64,000 nt of DNA from Infirmifilum sp. (GTDB lineage: Archaea; Thermoproteota; Thermoprotei; Thermofilales; Thermofilaceae), in assembly GCA_041287245.1 (NCBI GenBank), contig JBEULP010000003.1:32001-96000 (forward strand), written 5' to 3'. Every line of letters starts with the position of its first letter. Within the stretch, counting starts at the first letter, position 1. Both the position numbers and the translations under genes were made by a program. The notes below the pieces were generated by a model. That model did no database searches, was not told where the DNA came from, and saw only the letters and a list, made by a program, of their open reading frames with translations. Positions 37,284-46,663 of the stretch are shown here, in pieces.

Positions 37284-39152
37284 TTAAATGCCATCAGCTA
37301 GTAGGCGTTTTTCGACCTCCTCACGCGTCCACGGGTCTAATCTCTCCCTTTTAATGTAGTATAGATTCGGCTTTACCAGCTCTGAGATATCAAGAGAGTA
37401 GCACCGCGGACACCTGGACACCTTGGAGGGTAAGATACTTCCGCAAGTATTACACATGGAAAGGCCCGTCACGGTAATGGTGAACTGTTTTATTCCCTTC
37501 CTCTGCACCTCCGAGAGAATCTCTCGAAGTCTTTCAGGTGTTAGGCGTGTCACTCTGAGCTCGAGAATACTTAGAGGAGCTTTTAGAGAGCTCTGTAGCT
37601 TAGACTCGAGCTCTAAAAACTGAGGCGGCGTCCGGATCTCCCGGTTTAGGGAAAATGCCCCCAGCTGATTTACGTTGAGGTAAATGTTCCCCTTGTAGTG
37701 TAGTGCTGTTAACATGTTGAGGAAGGGTGTTGGAGTGAAAAAGGTGGAAAGCGTCTTGACGTCTTCTGTGGCCTCGAGGGTTCTCATATTCTCCAAGACG
37801 TCGAGCGCATGGGTGATGAGGACGTGTTTATAGTTCTCGAAGTTGTTAGTATCGAGAGCCTGTGGAAGTCGTCTTTGAAGCCCAGCTTCAAAGCCTGCTA
37901 GAGATAATTGGAAAATATAGCTCAGGTCTCCGCCTGCCTCCAGCTCCAGGAGCTTGGCAACGTTGACAGAGAGCTTTTTAAGTGAAAGCATATTTCTCTC
38001 TAGAATTGAGAGTGTCTCTGAGACGAAGTCACGCACGCCCCATACTCCCTTCACCCTATCATAAACGAAGGGCATTAGGAAACTCATTGTTCCCAGGTGT
38101 AACACCACGGTATCTTCGTTAGCATGTGCTCGGAGCCCGCCTGAGGGAAAAATACTCCTCGCTGCGAAGACTATCTGGAGCCCCTTATTTATCAAGCGGG
38201 AAAGATGCTGAGTTAAATCATCTGAGGCTTTCTCCCATCCTTGCAGAATAAATAGTATTCTGTTCGGCAGGGAACTCGACTCTAGATTGGACATCACGTG
38301 CTTTACATGCTCCTCGCCGTCCGATAGGTCCAGCAGTAAGGTTAGGGAGTTTCGAGTCCCTGCAACGGGTAATATATCCAAGATGTAGTTCACAAGCCCC
38401 TTATCATCTGGAGATAAACGTAGTACTATATCTGGAAAAAACTCAGCCCTTGATAACAGCGATTTAAGCTTGGCAACGCTTACAGCCGGAAGAAATACCG
38501 AGGCAGCGCCCTCCTCCCATAGAGAGTCAAACAGTATAAGGTTAGATTTCACTAGGTCGTAAAGTCCCGACTCCCCTAGAAACTCAAGAGCCTTCCCTGT
38601 CAACCTAGGCCCGTCCCAGATGCTCATTCTACAGGCTGTTGTAAGTGAGCAGCCGAGCCTCACGGCGGAAGCTTGAGCTATACTATCTACAACCAACTGA
38701 GCCACGCCGTCGGAAAGATCTCCCAGTTCCTTTATCTCTCTGACTATAACGCGTAAAAGCTTTTTCTTGTTACACCCTTGTTGCGAGGAACCAGGGGGCA
38801 ACACAAGCTCAAGGTATTCCTCCAAAGGTAGAGAAAAACCGAAGCCAGTAACGACCCGTGTCTCATGAGCCGTTACGAAGTCAACGCTCTCTACGATGGA
38901 TAATATTTTTCTACCGAGGGGGGTTATAGTGTAAACCTCGCCTTGGTGCTCAATAAGCCCTTGACTCTCCAGTTTTTTTAGGTGATGCGCGAGCGCCGCC
39001 TGTGTTACCCCCACGGAAACCGCTATATCGCCATAACGTTTCGCGCCCTTCTCAAGCAGTTCAAGTATCATTACCCTGTAAGGGTTTGAGATTGCCGACA
39101 AAATGGCGCTGAGATCCTGCAACCTCTTACTTCTCTCCGACCCCCTCGGCAT
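37284..39152 (-). CDS. ArsR-family HTH fused to a degenerate class III ribonucleotide reductase (NrdD-like) domain
   Basis: N-term LSAISNPYRVMILELL..LAHHLKKL..YTITPLG; C-term FTIT..LSMCNTCG..CPRCYS resembles the NrdD Zn-ribbon tail but lacks the RVxGY glycyl-radical loop. Confidence 0.75.
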   Translation of the reverse strand: MPRGSERSKRLQDLSAILSAISNPYRVMILELLEKGAKRYGDIAVSVGVTQAALAHHLKKLESQGLIEHQGEVYTITPLGRKILSIVESVDFVTAHETRVVTGFGFSLPLEEYLELVLPPGSSQQGCNKKKLLRVIVREIKELGDLSDGVAQLVVDSIAQASAVRLGCSLTTACRMSIWDGPRLTGKALEFLGESGLYDLVKSNLILFDSLWEEGAASVFLPAVSVAKLKSLLSRAEFFPDIVLRLSPDDKGLVNYILDILPVAGTRNSLTLLLDLSDGEEHVKHVMSNLESSSLPNRILFILQGWEKASDDLTQHLSRLINKGLQIVFAARSIFPSGGLRAHANEDTVVLHLGTMSFLMPFVYDRVKGVWGVRDFVSETLSILERNMLSLKKLSVNVAKLLELEAGGDLSYIFQLSLAGFEAGLQRRLPQALDTNNFENYKHVLITHALDVLENMRTLEATEDVKTLSTFFTPTPFLNMLTALHYKGNIYLNVNQLGAFSLNREIRTPPQFLELESKLQSSLKAPLSILELRVTRLTPERLREILSEVQRKGIKQFTITVTGLSMCNTCGSILPSKVSRCPRCYSLDISELVKPNLYYIKRERLDPWTREEVEKRLLADGI

Positions 39153-39306
39153 AAACAATAGTTTTTTAGGGTCTTCAAGCTAAAATACTCGACGCCTCGC
39201 CCTGGCTTGCAGGGAGGCGCACGGCGATATTTCCATCGAAATACGATGAGAGTCCTAATTATTCTAAATGTTGATATAATGAAAGATGAGTTCTTAAACT
39301 CTAGTC

Positions 39307-39669
39307 GTGCAGGAGGTTCCTATATATCGTAATTATAATGAGTTTAGCTCGAAGGTTGTACAGACAATATTAGAGATGATAAGGCATACAAAAGGCGGCA
39401 TGATAACATTCAACTCCAAGAAAATAGCTGTCCTAGCAGGAATCGACACACACCCGGTTATTCTTACCTTGATAAAGGATGTTCTTGAGAGGCTTAAGGA
39501 AAAAGAATATATACAGGAAGTTGGGCGCACAAAACACGGGGTAAAATACTCCGTAACCTTGGAAAGCCCACTGTGGATGCTCGCGAAAAACTACGAAAAA
39601 ATAAGTCTTAGAAGTCTGGAAGACCTCGACGAAATCGTAAAGAAATTCGTATTACGCGCCGTCGCCTAA
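39307..39669 (+). CDS. Hypothetical protein, probable winged-helix DNA-binding
   Basis: ITFNSKKIAVLAGI..VLERLKEKEYI..GVKYSV pattern; divergent from the ArsR-NrdD gene. Confidence 0.6.
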   Translation: MQEVPIYRNYNEFSSKVVQTILEMIRHTKGGMITFNSKKIAVLAGIDTHPVILTLIKDVLERLKEKEYIQEVGRTKHGVKYSVTLESPLWMLAKNYEKISLRSLEDLDEIVKKFVLRAVA

Positions 39670-39799
39670 GCACGCGGTTACTGCTTAACATTTACAGCGG
39701 CGCGAGCGCGCTTACGATCACGCGATGGGAAGACAATTTCTTTCTCGCGCGCTTCGCGAAAATTTAATTTTTTATCGCGTCGAAAGGAATTCAGATATA

Positions 39800-40135
39800 A
39801 TGTCTTATAAGAGCCTGGTAGGACGTGTCTTAGACCTCGCTAGGCGTGCCGCACTCCTCGAGGGGCTTCAACCCCCAGATCCTACCGTCATAATAGTAGA
39901 TAAACTCAACCCCTCGTACAATGTTGTATCAGAGGGGCTTGCGATAGAAGAGTCCAGTGATACCGTTATCGTTGAAAAATCCACAGTGGATAACATGGTA
40001 TATAGAGTGCTTGCAGGGGTATTCTACCTCGCCATTTGGAATACTTATATGGCTAAGACTCCTGAGAAGGCATTCGAGCTCGCTAGGAAGTACCTCTTCA
40101 CAGTTCTAGTCCGCCTTACAAGGGAGGAAAAATGA
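39800..40135 (+). CDS. Hypothetical protein
   Basis: ATG at 39800 downstream of TTTAAT box; 4-bp overlap with the next gene. Confidence 0.6.
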   Translation: MSYKSLVGRVLDLARRAALLEGLQPPDPTVIIVDKLNPSYNVVSEGLAIEESSDTVIVEKSTVDNMVYRVLAGVFYLAIWNTYMAKTPEKAFELARKYLFTVLVRLTREEK

Positions 40136-41130
40136 AGGTTCTACTAACCACGGTTCCTGGGCTTGAATTCATAGTTCAGGAAGAGCTCGGCGAAATCATT
40201 GGAAAAACACAGGTAACGTACTCCCCCCTCACTGGAAGGGTCTTCGCCGAAGTGGAGGAAGAAAAACTCCCCTCTATTCTATCTCTTCACTCTGTTGAAG
40301 CTGCAAGGATAATTCTGAGCCAAGCGCCTGAGCTTGAGGAAGCCGTACAAGCCTCCCTCAGCCACCTGGAGCAGCTAACACGCGGGGTGGGCGTGCAGAC
40401 GTTTGCCGTCCTCGCCGAGAGAATCTCGAAGGACGCCCCCTTCACTTCGCTTGACCTCGCACGTGAAATAGGTAAGCTGTTGGCTGAGAAGCTCAACCTG
40501 AGAGTACAGCTGGACGCGCCGGACCTTGTAGTGTACGCCGAGTATAACTCCGGGCAGTACAGCCTGGGTGTTGACCTGGCACCCTTCGCAAGCCTACGCG
40601 ATAGGCCTTACCGAGCCTGGCTTCATAGATCCGCGCTAAACCCCATAATCGCCTATGCGATGTGCCGCCTAGCCATGCCTTTCACAAAGGTACTCGACCC
40701 CTTCTGCGGCGGCGGAACCATAATTCTCGAGTGCCAGGGACTAGCCGCGGCTCAAGAGGCAATATGCTCGGACGTGAACCTAAAGGCTGTGGAGGGAGCC
40801 CATCTCAACGCGCAGCTCGTCCGCGCAGCCCCTCATCTCCTCGTGCAGGACGTCAGGTTTTCCGCATTACGTAGAAAACCCGGGTTAGACGCGGTAATCG
40901 CAAACCCACCTTTCGGCATTCGCGAGCGCGCCGTAGGCGGGATAAAGAGAGTATACAAGGCTCTTTTCAATGCCGCATATGAGTCTCTAGAACCGGGTGG
41001 AAAGCTTGTCGTCCTCAGCCCCCTCAAGAAAACTGTGATAGAAAACGCGGAGCTGTTTCATCTAAACCGGCTAGTCGAGATCAGCGAGGGCGGGCTTAGA
41101 AGCTGGGTGTTTGTCTTCACTCGAGGATAA
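40132..41130 (+). CDS. THUMP-domain tRNA guanine-N2 methyltransferase (Trm14-like)
   Basis: TTVPGLE, THUMP domain, LDPFCGGGTI, ANPPFG. Confidence 0.85.
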   Translation: MKVLLTTVPGLEFIVQEELGEIIGKTQVTYSPLTGRVFAEVEEEKLPSILSLHSVEAARIILSQAPELEEAVQASLSHLEQLTRGVGVQTFAVLAERISKDAPFTSLDLAREIGKLLAEKLNLRVQLDAPDLVVYAEYNSGQYSLGVDLAPFASLRDRPYRAWLHRSALNPIIAYAMCRLAMPFTKVLDPFCGGGTIILECQGLAAAQEAICSDVNLKAVEGAHLNAQLVRAAPHLLVQDVRFSALRRKPGLDAVIANPPFGIRERAVGGIKRVYKALFNAAYESLEPGGKLVVLSPLKKTVIENAELFHLNRLVEISEGGLRSWVFVFTRG

Positions 41131-41173
41131 CAAGAAATAAATTGAGGGCTCTTTAGTTTTGTATCATAAACCT

Positions 41174-44100
41174 ATGGGATTAAAGGAAAATGCTTCAGTA
41201 GCCTTCGCAATAACCCTGACTCTTCTAGCTCTAGTCTCCTTCCCCGTGCAAGCCGCCCCAACATACATATCTCAACATTTCCAAGTCTACGACAGTGCAG
41301 GCGCCGGAGCCACCTATTCTCAAAGCGTGGCGAGCGCCTTAGAATCGGCCCTAAATACTCTACAGCAGCAGGGTGTTCGCCTGGCACCTCCTTGCTCCGG
41401 CTATCTTTATACTGTTAATATCACGAGCCTGCCTAGCGGGGAAGGTGGTTATACAAGCTGGCAGTACAGCTACGACACCACCACTGGAAAAATCCAGAAC
41501 TCTTGTATCCTGGGGATAATGGTCGCCTCAGGGCTCTCAGGGTCTACTCTCACACATGTAGCGTATCACGAGATGAACCATGTGGCTCAAGTCGCCTATA
41601 TCACCTACAAGATAATCATAGACAGCTACCCCTGGTATATTGAGGCAAACGCAGAGGGCATAGCTGGAGCGCTCCTAAAATCGTGCGGATTCGAGCCTTA
41701 CTACTTCCAGGCAAGCCTTTACTCGAAAAACCCCTACTCTTTTAGCGGGGCAGCTGCCCAGTGCTACGGGCTAGGAGCCTTCTACAACTGGCTGGTATCC
41801 TCGGGCTACGCGACCATGGCCAGCGCGTTTTCAAACTCCTTCTCGGGAAGCACCGTGATCTCAGACTGGATAAACTCTGCCTATATTCGTTTCCTCATAT
41901 CCCTGGCGCGGGGGGTCCAGATGTGCGGCACTACGTACCAGCCTGCCTTCCAGGAAGTCACGCTTAGCACCAAAGGGTGGAGCACGCAGGTCTCGCTCGA
42001 GGGGCTCAGCGCGAGCTATTTCAAGCTTAACATGCCTTCCCCGGGCGTTGTATCAATCTCGGTGTCAGGATCTCCGATTAGCAATCTACTGTTAAACAAG
42101 TCCTTCTATACCTCGAACACGACTCTGTTATTCGCACTAGTGAACCCCTCTACCTCGCAGGCCACCTACCAGGTAACGGTCAGCTATGCCCCGCCGCTAC
42201 AGGCTGAAATTCGAGGAGGAGTTTTTCATCCAGCCTCAGGCCAGTTAGAGCTAAGCCTCTACGTATCATACGCCGGTTCACCCGTAAGCGGGTCCATCAA
42301 AGTAAATGGATCCTCAGTTCAAGCCTCCTCAGGCCAGGCCGCGATAGCACTACAAGACATCACATGGCGGGCCTACACCCTGATAGTTGAATACTCAGGT
42401 GAAAGCACAACCGTCTTCCTCAGCCTCCAGAGGCCCTCGGCGGCACTCCTAACCCAAGCACCACTCTACGTGACGCCCACCGCTTACGGAGCAATAACGG
42501 TCAAGGTAACCAACCCCAACCAGGTCGCGGTCCAAGCCTCAGTTAAAATTCTCCCGCCCGTTGTTAACAACCAAAGTATATTTGAGTTCACAAGCTACCC
42601 TCAGGACCTAACGCTGCCATCGGGCGACTCAATAATCAATATAGGATTCAAGGCTGCTGGACAGCCGGGCGCGTCCACCGGCACTGTTATTCTTGAGTTA
42701 GCCCCGAGCGATGAGATAGATCTGCCCTTCCCCGTTAGGCCCGCGTCGCTGAAGATCCTGGAGGCGGTATACAGCTCGGTCAACAAGACAACCTCTTTGA
42801 AGGTTGAGATCCAACCCATCTCAACCTGGGTACGTGTTCGAATCCCAGGTCTCTCCGGAGAGACCCCTGTACCACTATCCACCTATTATGTGGGCGTAGT
42901 TAGGGTCAGCCTACCAGGCTACCAGATCGCTCTAAGCGCGGCGCCTCTACTCGTAGCGCCTAAGTGGGTTCTGGCAAACGTCACTGCCACTCTATCGACG
43001 GTCGAGTCGTGCCCAGACTACCCCGTCAGCTTCTATGTACAAACCTGGGTAAACGCCTCCTACCTCGGCGGAGTCAGCTTCAGCTGCAGCTCGCACGCCC
43101 AGATATCCTCGCTACTCAACTTGTCCGCCACTGCCCTGGGAAGAGCCACCCTAGTAGCTAACAATAACCCCTCCTGGACCGCCACGTTACAGGTTACACC
43201 ACCAGTTATCCAGTGGAAACTACTCGAGTGGAGAGTCACGGACAACGGTAGTCTGGTGACTATGCTCGTTAACGTTTCAGGACCCCACACGTATCTCGTT
43301 TTGAATGAAAAAGTAGCTAACGGGAGCATCACGGTTAGAAAGGCGCTAGCGAAGCCTCAAACCTCCCTAGAAGTTGACACGGGTTTCAAAGTTTTAGTAG
43401 TAGAGATGCCGAAAATCTCCCTTAAAATCAAAGCCCCCGAGGTCGTAATCTACCCTGGGACAATACCGGTCACCCTTGTTTTCAACACGTCGGCTTATCT
43501 CGACGCTTCCTTTGACATCCTCCTTGACAGCCATAAAATCATGACGGTGAAAGCTGCGGGCTCCGGCGAGCAGGAAGCAAGCATTAGCTTAAAGCCTGAC
43601 ACCCCCGGAGAACATATAGTATCGGTTAAGTCCTGGTTCACCGAAAACTCGAGTAAAGTGTATTATGTGCAAGTCAAACAGGTGAAGATAAGCTCAGACC
43701 CCTTTAGACTCATAGGGGAAAAAGCATCAGTATCGATCGTTGTCTCGGCAAGTCCTCCTCTCCCTCTCCCCGTAAACGTATCCCTAGCAGGATGCGAGAT
43801 GAGGACGCTCAAGGTCCGCGGCAACTCCACGCTCACCCTAGGCTATAATCATCCCTGCACTTTAACTATCAAGGCAAACCTGCTTAACCTCTCAGACTCA
43901 TCCCAGCTCAGGTGGGACACGTTAAACCTTAAGCTTGAGGAGGTTCTAGGCTGGATCGGCGCCTCCCCACTAGTGGCTGCTGGAGCTGTTAGAGGTGCCG
44001 CATTTTTCTCAAACGGTTCTAGGGTCCCCGCGGAGGTTCTTGTCAACGGCCTTGAAAGATACACTGTGAGTAGCCTAGGCGAGTACGCCTTTAACCTAAC

Positions 44101-44521
44101 CGTCCAGTACCTCGGCTCGAGAAACTCCACGCTTGTCAAGGCATACCTGGTCCCCAGAGACCTCTACCTAGGCCTCCTCAAGGCAGCTGAAAACTTAGGC
44201 TCACCCCCCAGCCTCGAGAAAAAACTCCAACTTGCCGTTCTCACGGGAAGGTGGGACGAAGTGGCTACCGCATTAGAAGTCTACAACAACACCTCTATGC
44301 TAGGCGGGCGCGACCCGATCGCGGCTTTGGCATACTGGTTCCTTAGGAGGTGGAGCGAAGAGGGAAATCCCGGCGATTTAAACTTAGCAGTGTGGCTCGT
44401 TCAAAACAGGCTATGGCTATACGTGGCAGCGGCTGCAACAACAGGCTTGTTCCTATGCAGAAGATACCTTGGACGGTCCATCAGGAGAAGCAGTCACCTG
44501 AGCGCCTCAGGCGGCTCGTAG
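41174..44521 (+). CDS. Large secreted, membrane-anchored zinc metallopeptidase-like surface protein
   Basis: Signal peptide (..PVQA), HEMNH plus WYIEANAE, long Ser/Thr/Val-rich beta region with many NxS/T sequons, C-terminal TM and basic tail. Confidence 0.75.
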   Translation: MGLKENASVAFAITLTLLALVSFPVQAAPTYISQHFQVYDSAGAGATYSQSVASALESALNTLQQQGVRLAPPCSGYLYTVNITSLPSGEGGYTSWQYSYDTTTGKIQNSCILGIMVASGLSGSTLTHVAYHEMNHVAQVAYITYKIIIDSYPWYIEANAEGIAGALLKSCGFEPYYFQASLYSKNPYSFSGAAAQCYGLGAFYNWLVSSGYATMASAFSNSFSGSTVISDWINSAYIRFLISLARGVQMCGTTYQPAFQEVTLSTKGWSTQVSLEGLSASYFKLNMPSPGVVSISVSGSPISNLLLNKSFYTSNTTLLFALVNPSTSQATYQVTVSYAPPLQAEIRGGVFHPASGQLELSLYVSYAGSPVSGSIKVNGSSVQASSGQAAIALQDITWRAYTLIVEYSGESTTVFLSLQRPSAALLTQAPLYVTPTAYGAITVKVTNPNQVAVQASVKILPPVVNNQSIFEFTSYPQDLTLPSGDSIINIGFKAAGQPGASTGTVILELAPSDEIDLPFPVRPASLKILEAVYSSVNKTTSLKVEIQPISTWVRVRIPGLSGETPVPLSTYYVGVVRVSLPGYQIALSAAPLLVAPKWVLANVTATLSTVESCPDYPVSFYVQTWVNASYLGGVSFSCSSHAQISSLLNLSATALGRATLVANNNPSWTATLQVTPPVIQWKLLEWRVTDNGSLVTMLVNVSGPHTYLVLNEKVANGSITVRKALAKPQTSLEVDTGFKVLVVEMPKISLKIKAPEVVIYPGTIPVTLVFNTSAYLDASFDILLDSHKIMTVKAAGSGEQEASISLKPDTPGEHIVSVKSWFTENSSKVYYVQVKQVKISSDPFRLIGEKASVSIVVSASPPLPLPVNVSLAGCEMRTLKVRGNSTLTLGYNHPCTLTIKANLLNLSDSSQLRWDTLNLKLEEVLGWIGASPLVAAGAVRGAAFFSNGSRVPAEVLVNGLERYTVSSLGEYAFNLTVQYLGSRNSTLVKAYLVPRDLYLGLLKAAENLGSPPSLEKKLQLAVLTGRWDEVATALEVYNNTSMLGGRDPIAALAYWFLRRWSEEGNPGDLNLAVWLVQNRLWLYVAAAATTGLFLCRRYLGRSIRRSSHLSASGGS

Positions 44522-45567
44522 TAGAGCTTGGCTATAACCCCTCCAAGCCTCTTTAGAATCCTGCCCGCTTCGCTATCCCCGCTGATAATGAGAATCTTGG
44601 CATTCTGTAGCGAGTTTAAAAACCTAAAAACCCTGTCCCGCAAAGCCTCGTCGAAAAACACCTTGTCGAGGATGACAACCTCTTCAACCAAACCCCACTC
44701 CGCGGTTCGCTCGGCCTCTCCCAGCCCGGTGACCACCCTTCTAGACCCTCTAAACAGCTCTTCTATAAGCCTGGACGCTTCCTGCGCCTCCAGAACAGAC
44801 CTGACCTCCACAAAGAGCTGCCTTAGATCCTCCCGTTTAAGCATCTCGTTCAACCCTGCTTCCCCACCCTCGCTAACCTTGATTATCCTCGCTTTAATCC
44901 CCGTTTCTGCTAGGGCTTCACCAACGCTCTCGGCAAGCCTCTCCGTCGTCAGAACGATAACCTCGTTGTACTCTTGGAGATTATACGTTTTTTCTATTAT
45001 GGAGAGCTTATCCTTTAACACGGGTAACACCGCCTCCTTAATGCTCGTATCCCTATCCGTCTTCCTTGGAGAGTATGGGATAAACCCTTTCACCTCCACA
45101 CCGACAGGCGATAGAACCCCTATGCTGATCTCGTCGTCACCGATCGAGACTACTAGAACCTTACGTATGAGAGACGTTGCCTTGGAAAGAATATTCTTGT
45201 CAAAGGCTCCGAGGCCCTCCCCCCTATAAATCGTCACCTCGTCCCCAACCGTTATGCTAATGGTGTGATAGCTGCCCTTCATGTGGAGATCCTCAGGAGC
45301 CTCGACAACCCTCCCAGTTAGCCGCATGCTCTTCGTAAACATGCTATACCCGATCTTCTCGAGCTCCAGCCCCACATAGACCCTAACCCTCTCCCCCTTT
45401 TCGCTCCCCGTCTCCCGCTCTACCCTAACCTGCCGGAAGGTCCACGCATACACTAGATCCTTCTTCCTCAGCAACAAGAACAAGTAGTAGAGGTCCTCAG
45501 GCGTCTCAATAATTAAGCGCAGCTTCCCACGCCTCTCGTCCAGCTCAAGTATCCTCATAACCCACAC
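44494..45567 (-). CDS. pelA: Pelota (Dom34) ribosome rescue factor
   Basis: ETPEDLYYL, MRLTG, KGSYHTI, EAGRILKRLGGVIAKL. Confidence 0.9.
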   Translation of the reverse strand: MWVMRILELDERRGKLRLIIETPEDLYYLFLLLRKKDLVYAWTFRQVRVERETGSEKGERVRVYVGLELEKIGYSMFTKSMRLTGRVVEAPEDLHMKGSYHTISITVGDEVTIYRGEGLGAFDKNILSKATSLIRKVLVVSIGDDEISIGVLSPVGVEVKGFIPYSPRKTDRDTSIKEAVLPVLKDKLSIIEKTYNLQEYNEVIVLTTERLAESVGEALAETGIKARIIKVSEGGEAGLNEMLKREDLRQLFVEVRSVLEAQEASRLIEELFRGSRRVVTGLGEAERTAEWGLVEEVVILDKVFFDEALRDRVFRFLNSLQNAKILIISGDSEAGRILKRLGGVIAKLYYEPPEALR

Positions 45568-45595
45568 CTTAAACCCGACTCAGCATGAAAAAAGC

Positions 45596-46291
45596 CTAAC
45601 GCGACTCCCAGAGACCAATCGAGTCTTCCAGCGCGATGATCACTCGAGCCGTGACATACCAAGCGTCAAACACCAGCGAATCCAATGAGAGAATTTTATC
45701 AGCGACACTACGCACCTCAGAGCTAAACTCCCCGTGCGCGAAGGCGCCTACAATGAAAGCCGGCCTCTCGTGACTGGCTAGCTCCCATGCAAGTTCCTTC
45801 GGGGTTGTCGCCATCCCCCTTTCATCCAATAGTATCACCTCGTCAACTTTTTTCTCATAGAGTATCTCCTGGAGAGAGCCTTCGCGCACGCGCATAAGGT
45901 AATCTTCTCCAAGCGGCGGAACCCTTCCCTTCGCGAGTAACTGTTCCATCAACCCGACAAAGCGATTATAGTTCCTCGGGATCCGCGTCTCGGGCCTAAC
46001 TTCGATGATCTTCCCGTTGATCGTGTGGATCAGGGTCTCAAGCATCCCCTTGCGGTTAAGGAGACTGCTGTGGCTGAACAACAAGCAAGCGTGGACAATG
46101 TCTGGCCTCCCCCTTTTCTCCTTGTTCTCAAGCTTCCCCATCGCAGAATAGTGAAGAGACTTGTCTAGAATCGTTTCACGGGGTCTTTTTTTCCTCTTCC
46201 TCGCGGATATAACGACAGCCGGATGATCCTGTATCTCGGGTGGGACTAGCTCGAGGCTGGCGTCGCCAAGTATTAAAAACGCCTTATGCAT
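45596..46291 (-). CDS. nep1: 16S rRNA pseudouridine N1-methyltransferase Nep1
   Basis: LDKSLHYSAM, RGRPDIVH, RIPRNYNRFVGLMEQL, VGAFAHG. Confidence 0.95.
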   Translation of the reverse strand: MHKAFLILGDASLELVPPEIQDHPAVVISARKRKKRPRETILDKSLHYSAMGKLENKEKRGRPDIVHACLLFSHSSLLNRKGMLETLIHTINGKIIEVRPETRIPRNYNRFVGLMEQLLAKGRVPPLGEDYLMRVREGSLQEILYEKKVDEVILLDERGMATTPKELAWELASHERPAFIVGAFAHGEFSSEVRSVADKILSLDSLVFDAWYVTARVIIALEDSIGLWESR

Positions 46292-46663
46292 AATACTTCA
46301 AGCATGAGGAGGCGTGATGAGCTTAAAGACTTAGCTTATGAGAGGATAGAGAGGCTTCTAGAGTTTGCAGCCAAGGTATACGTGGAAGAGCCTGGCCTGG
46401 CGGACAGGTACGGCGAGATTGCGATGGCTATTGCTCGTAAAGCTAGAATTAGATACCCCGAAACCCTGAAGGCGAGGGTCTGTCGAAGGTGCGGGGCGTT
46501 CCTTGTACCGGGAGAGACCATGCGTGTACGGGTGAAAAGGCGTGGAGAGATGAAATATGTAGCTGTTACCTGCTTAAAATGCGGGTATACCAGGCGGTAC
46601 CCGCTAGGTCGAGATAATGTTCATCGGCCTTGGCTGACGTTATACAAGAGGTTGAGAAGATGA
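46286..46663 (+). CDS. rnp4: RNase P protein Rpp21 (component 4)
   Basis: AYERIERL, CRRCGAFLVPG, TCLKCGYTRRYP. Confidence 0.93.
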   Translation: MHNTSSMRRRDELKDLAYERIERLLEFAAKVYVEEPGLADRYGEIAMAIARKARIRYPETLKARVCRRCGAFLVPGETMRVRVKRRGEMKYVAVTCLKCGYTRRYPLGRDNVHRPWLTLYKRLRR

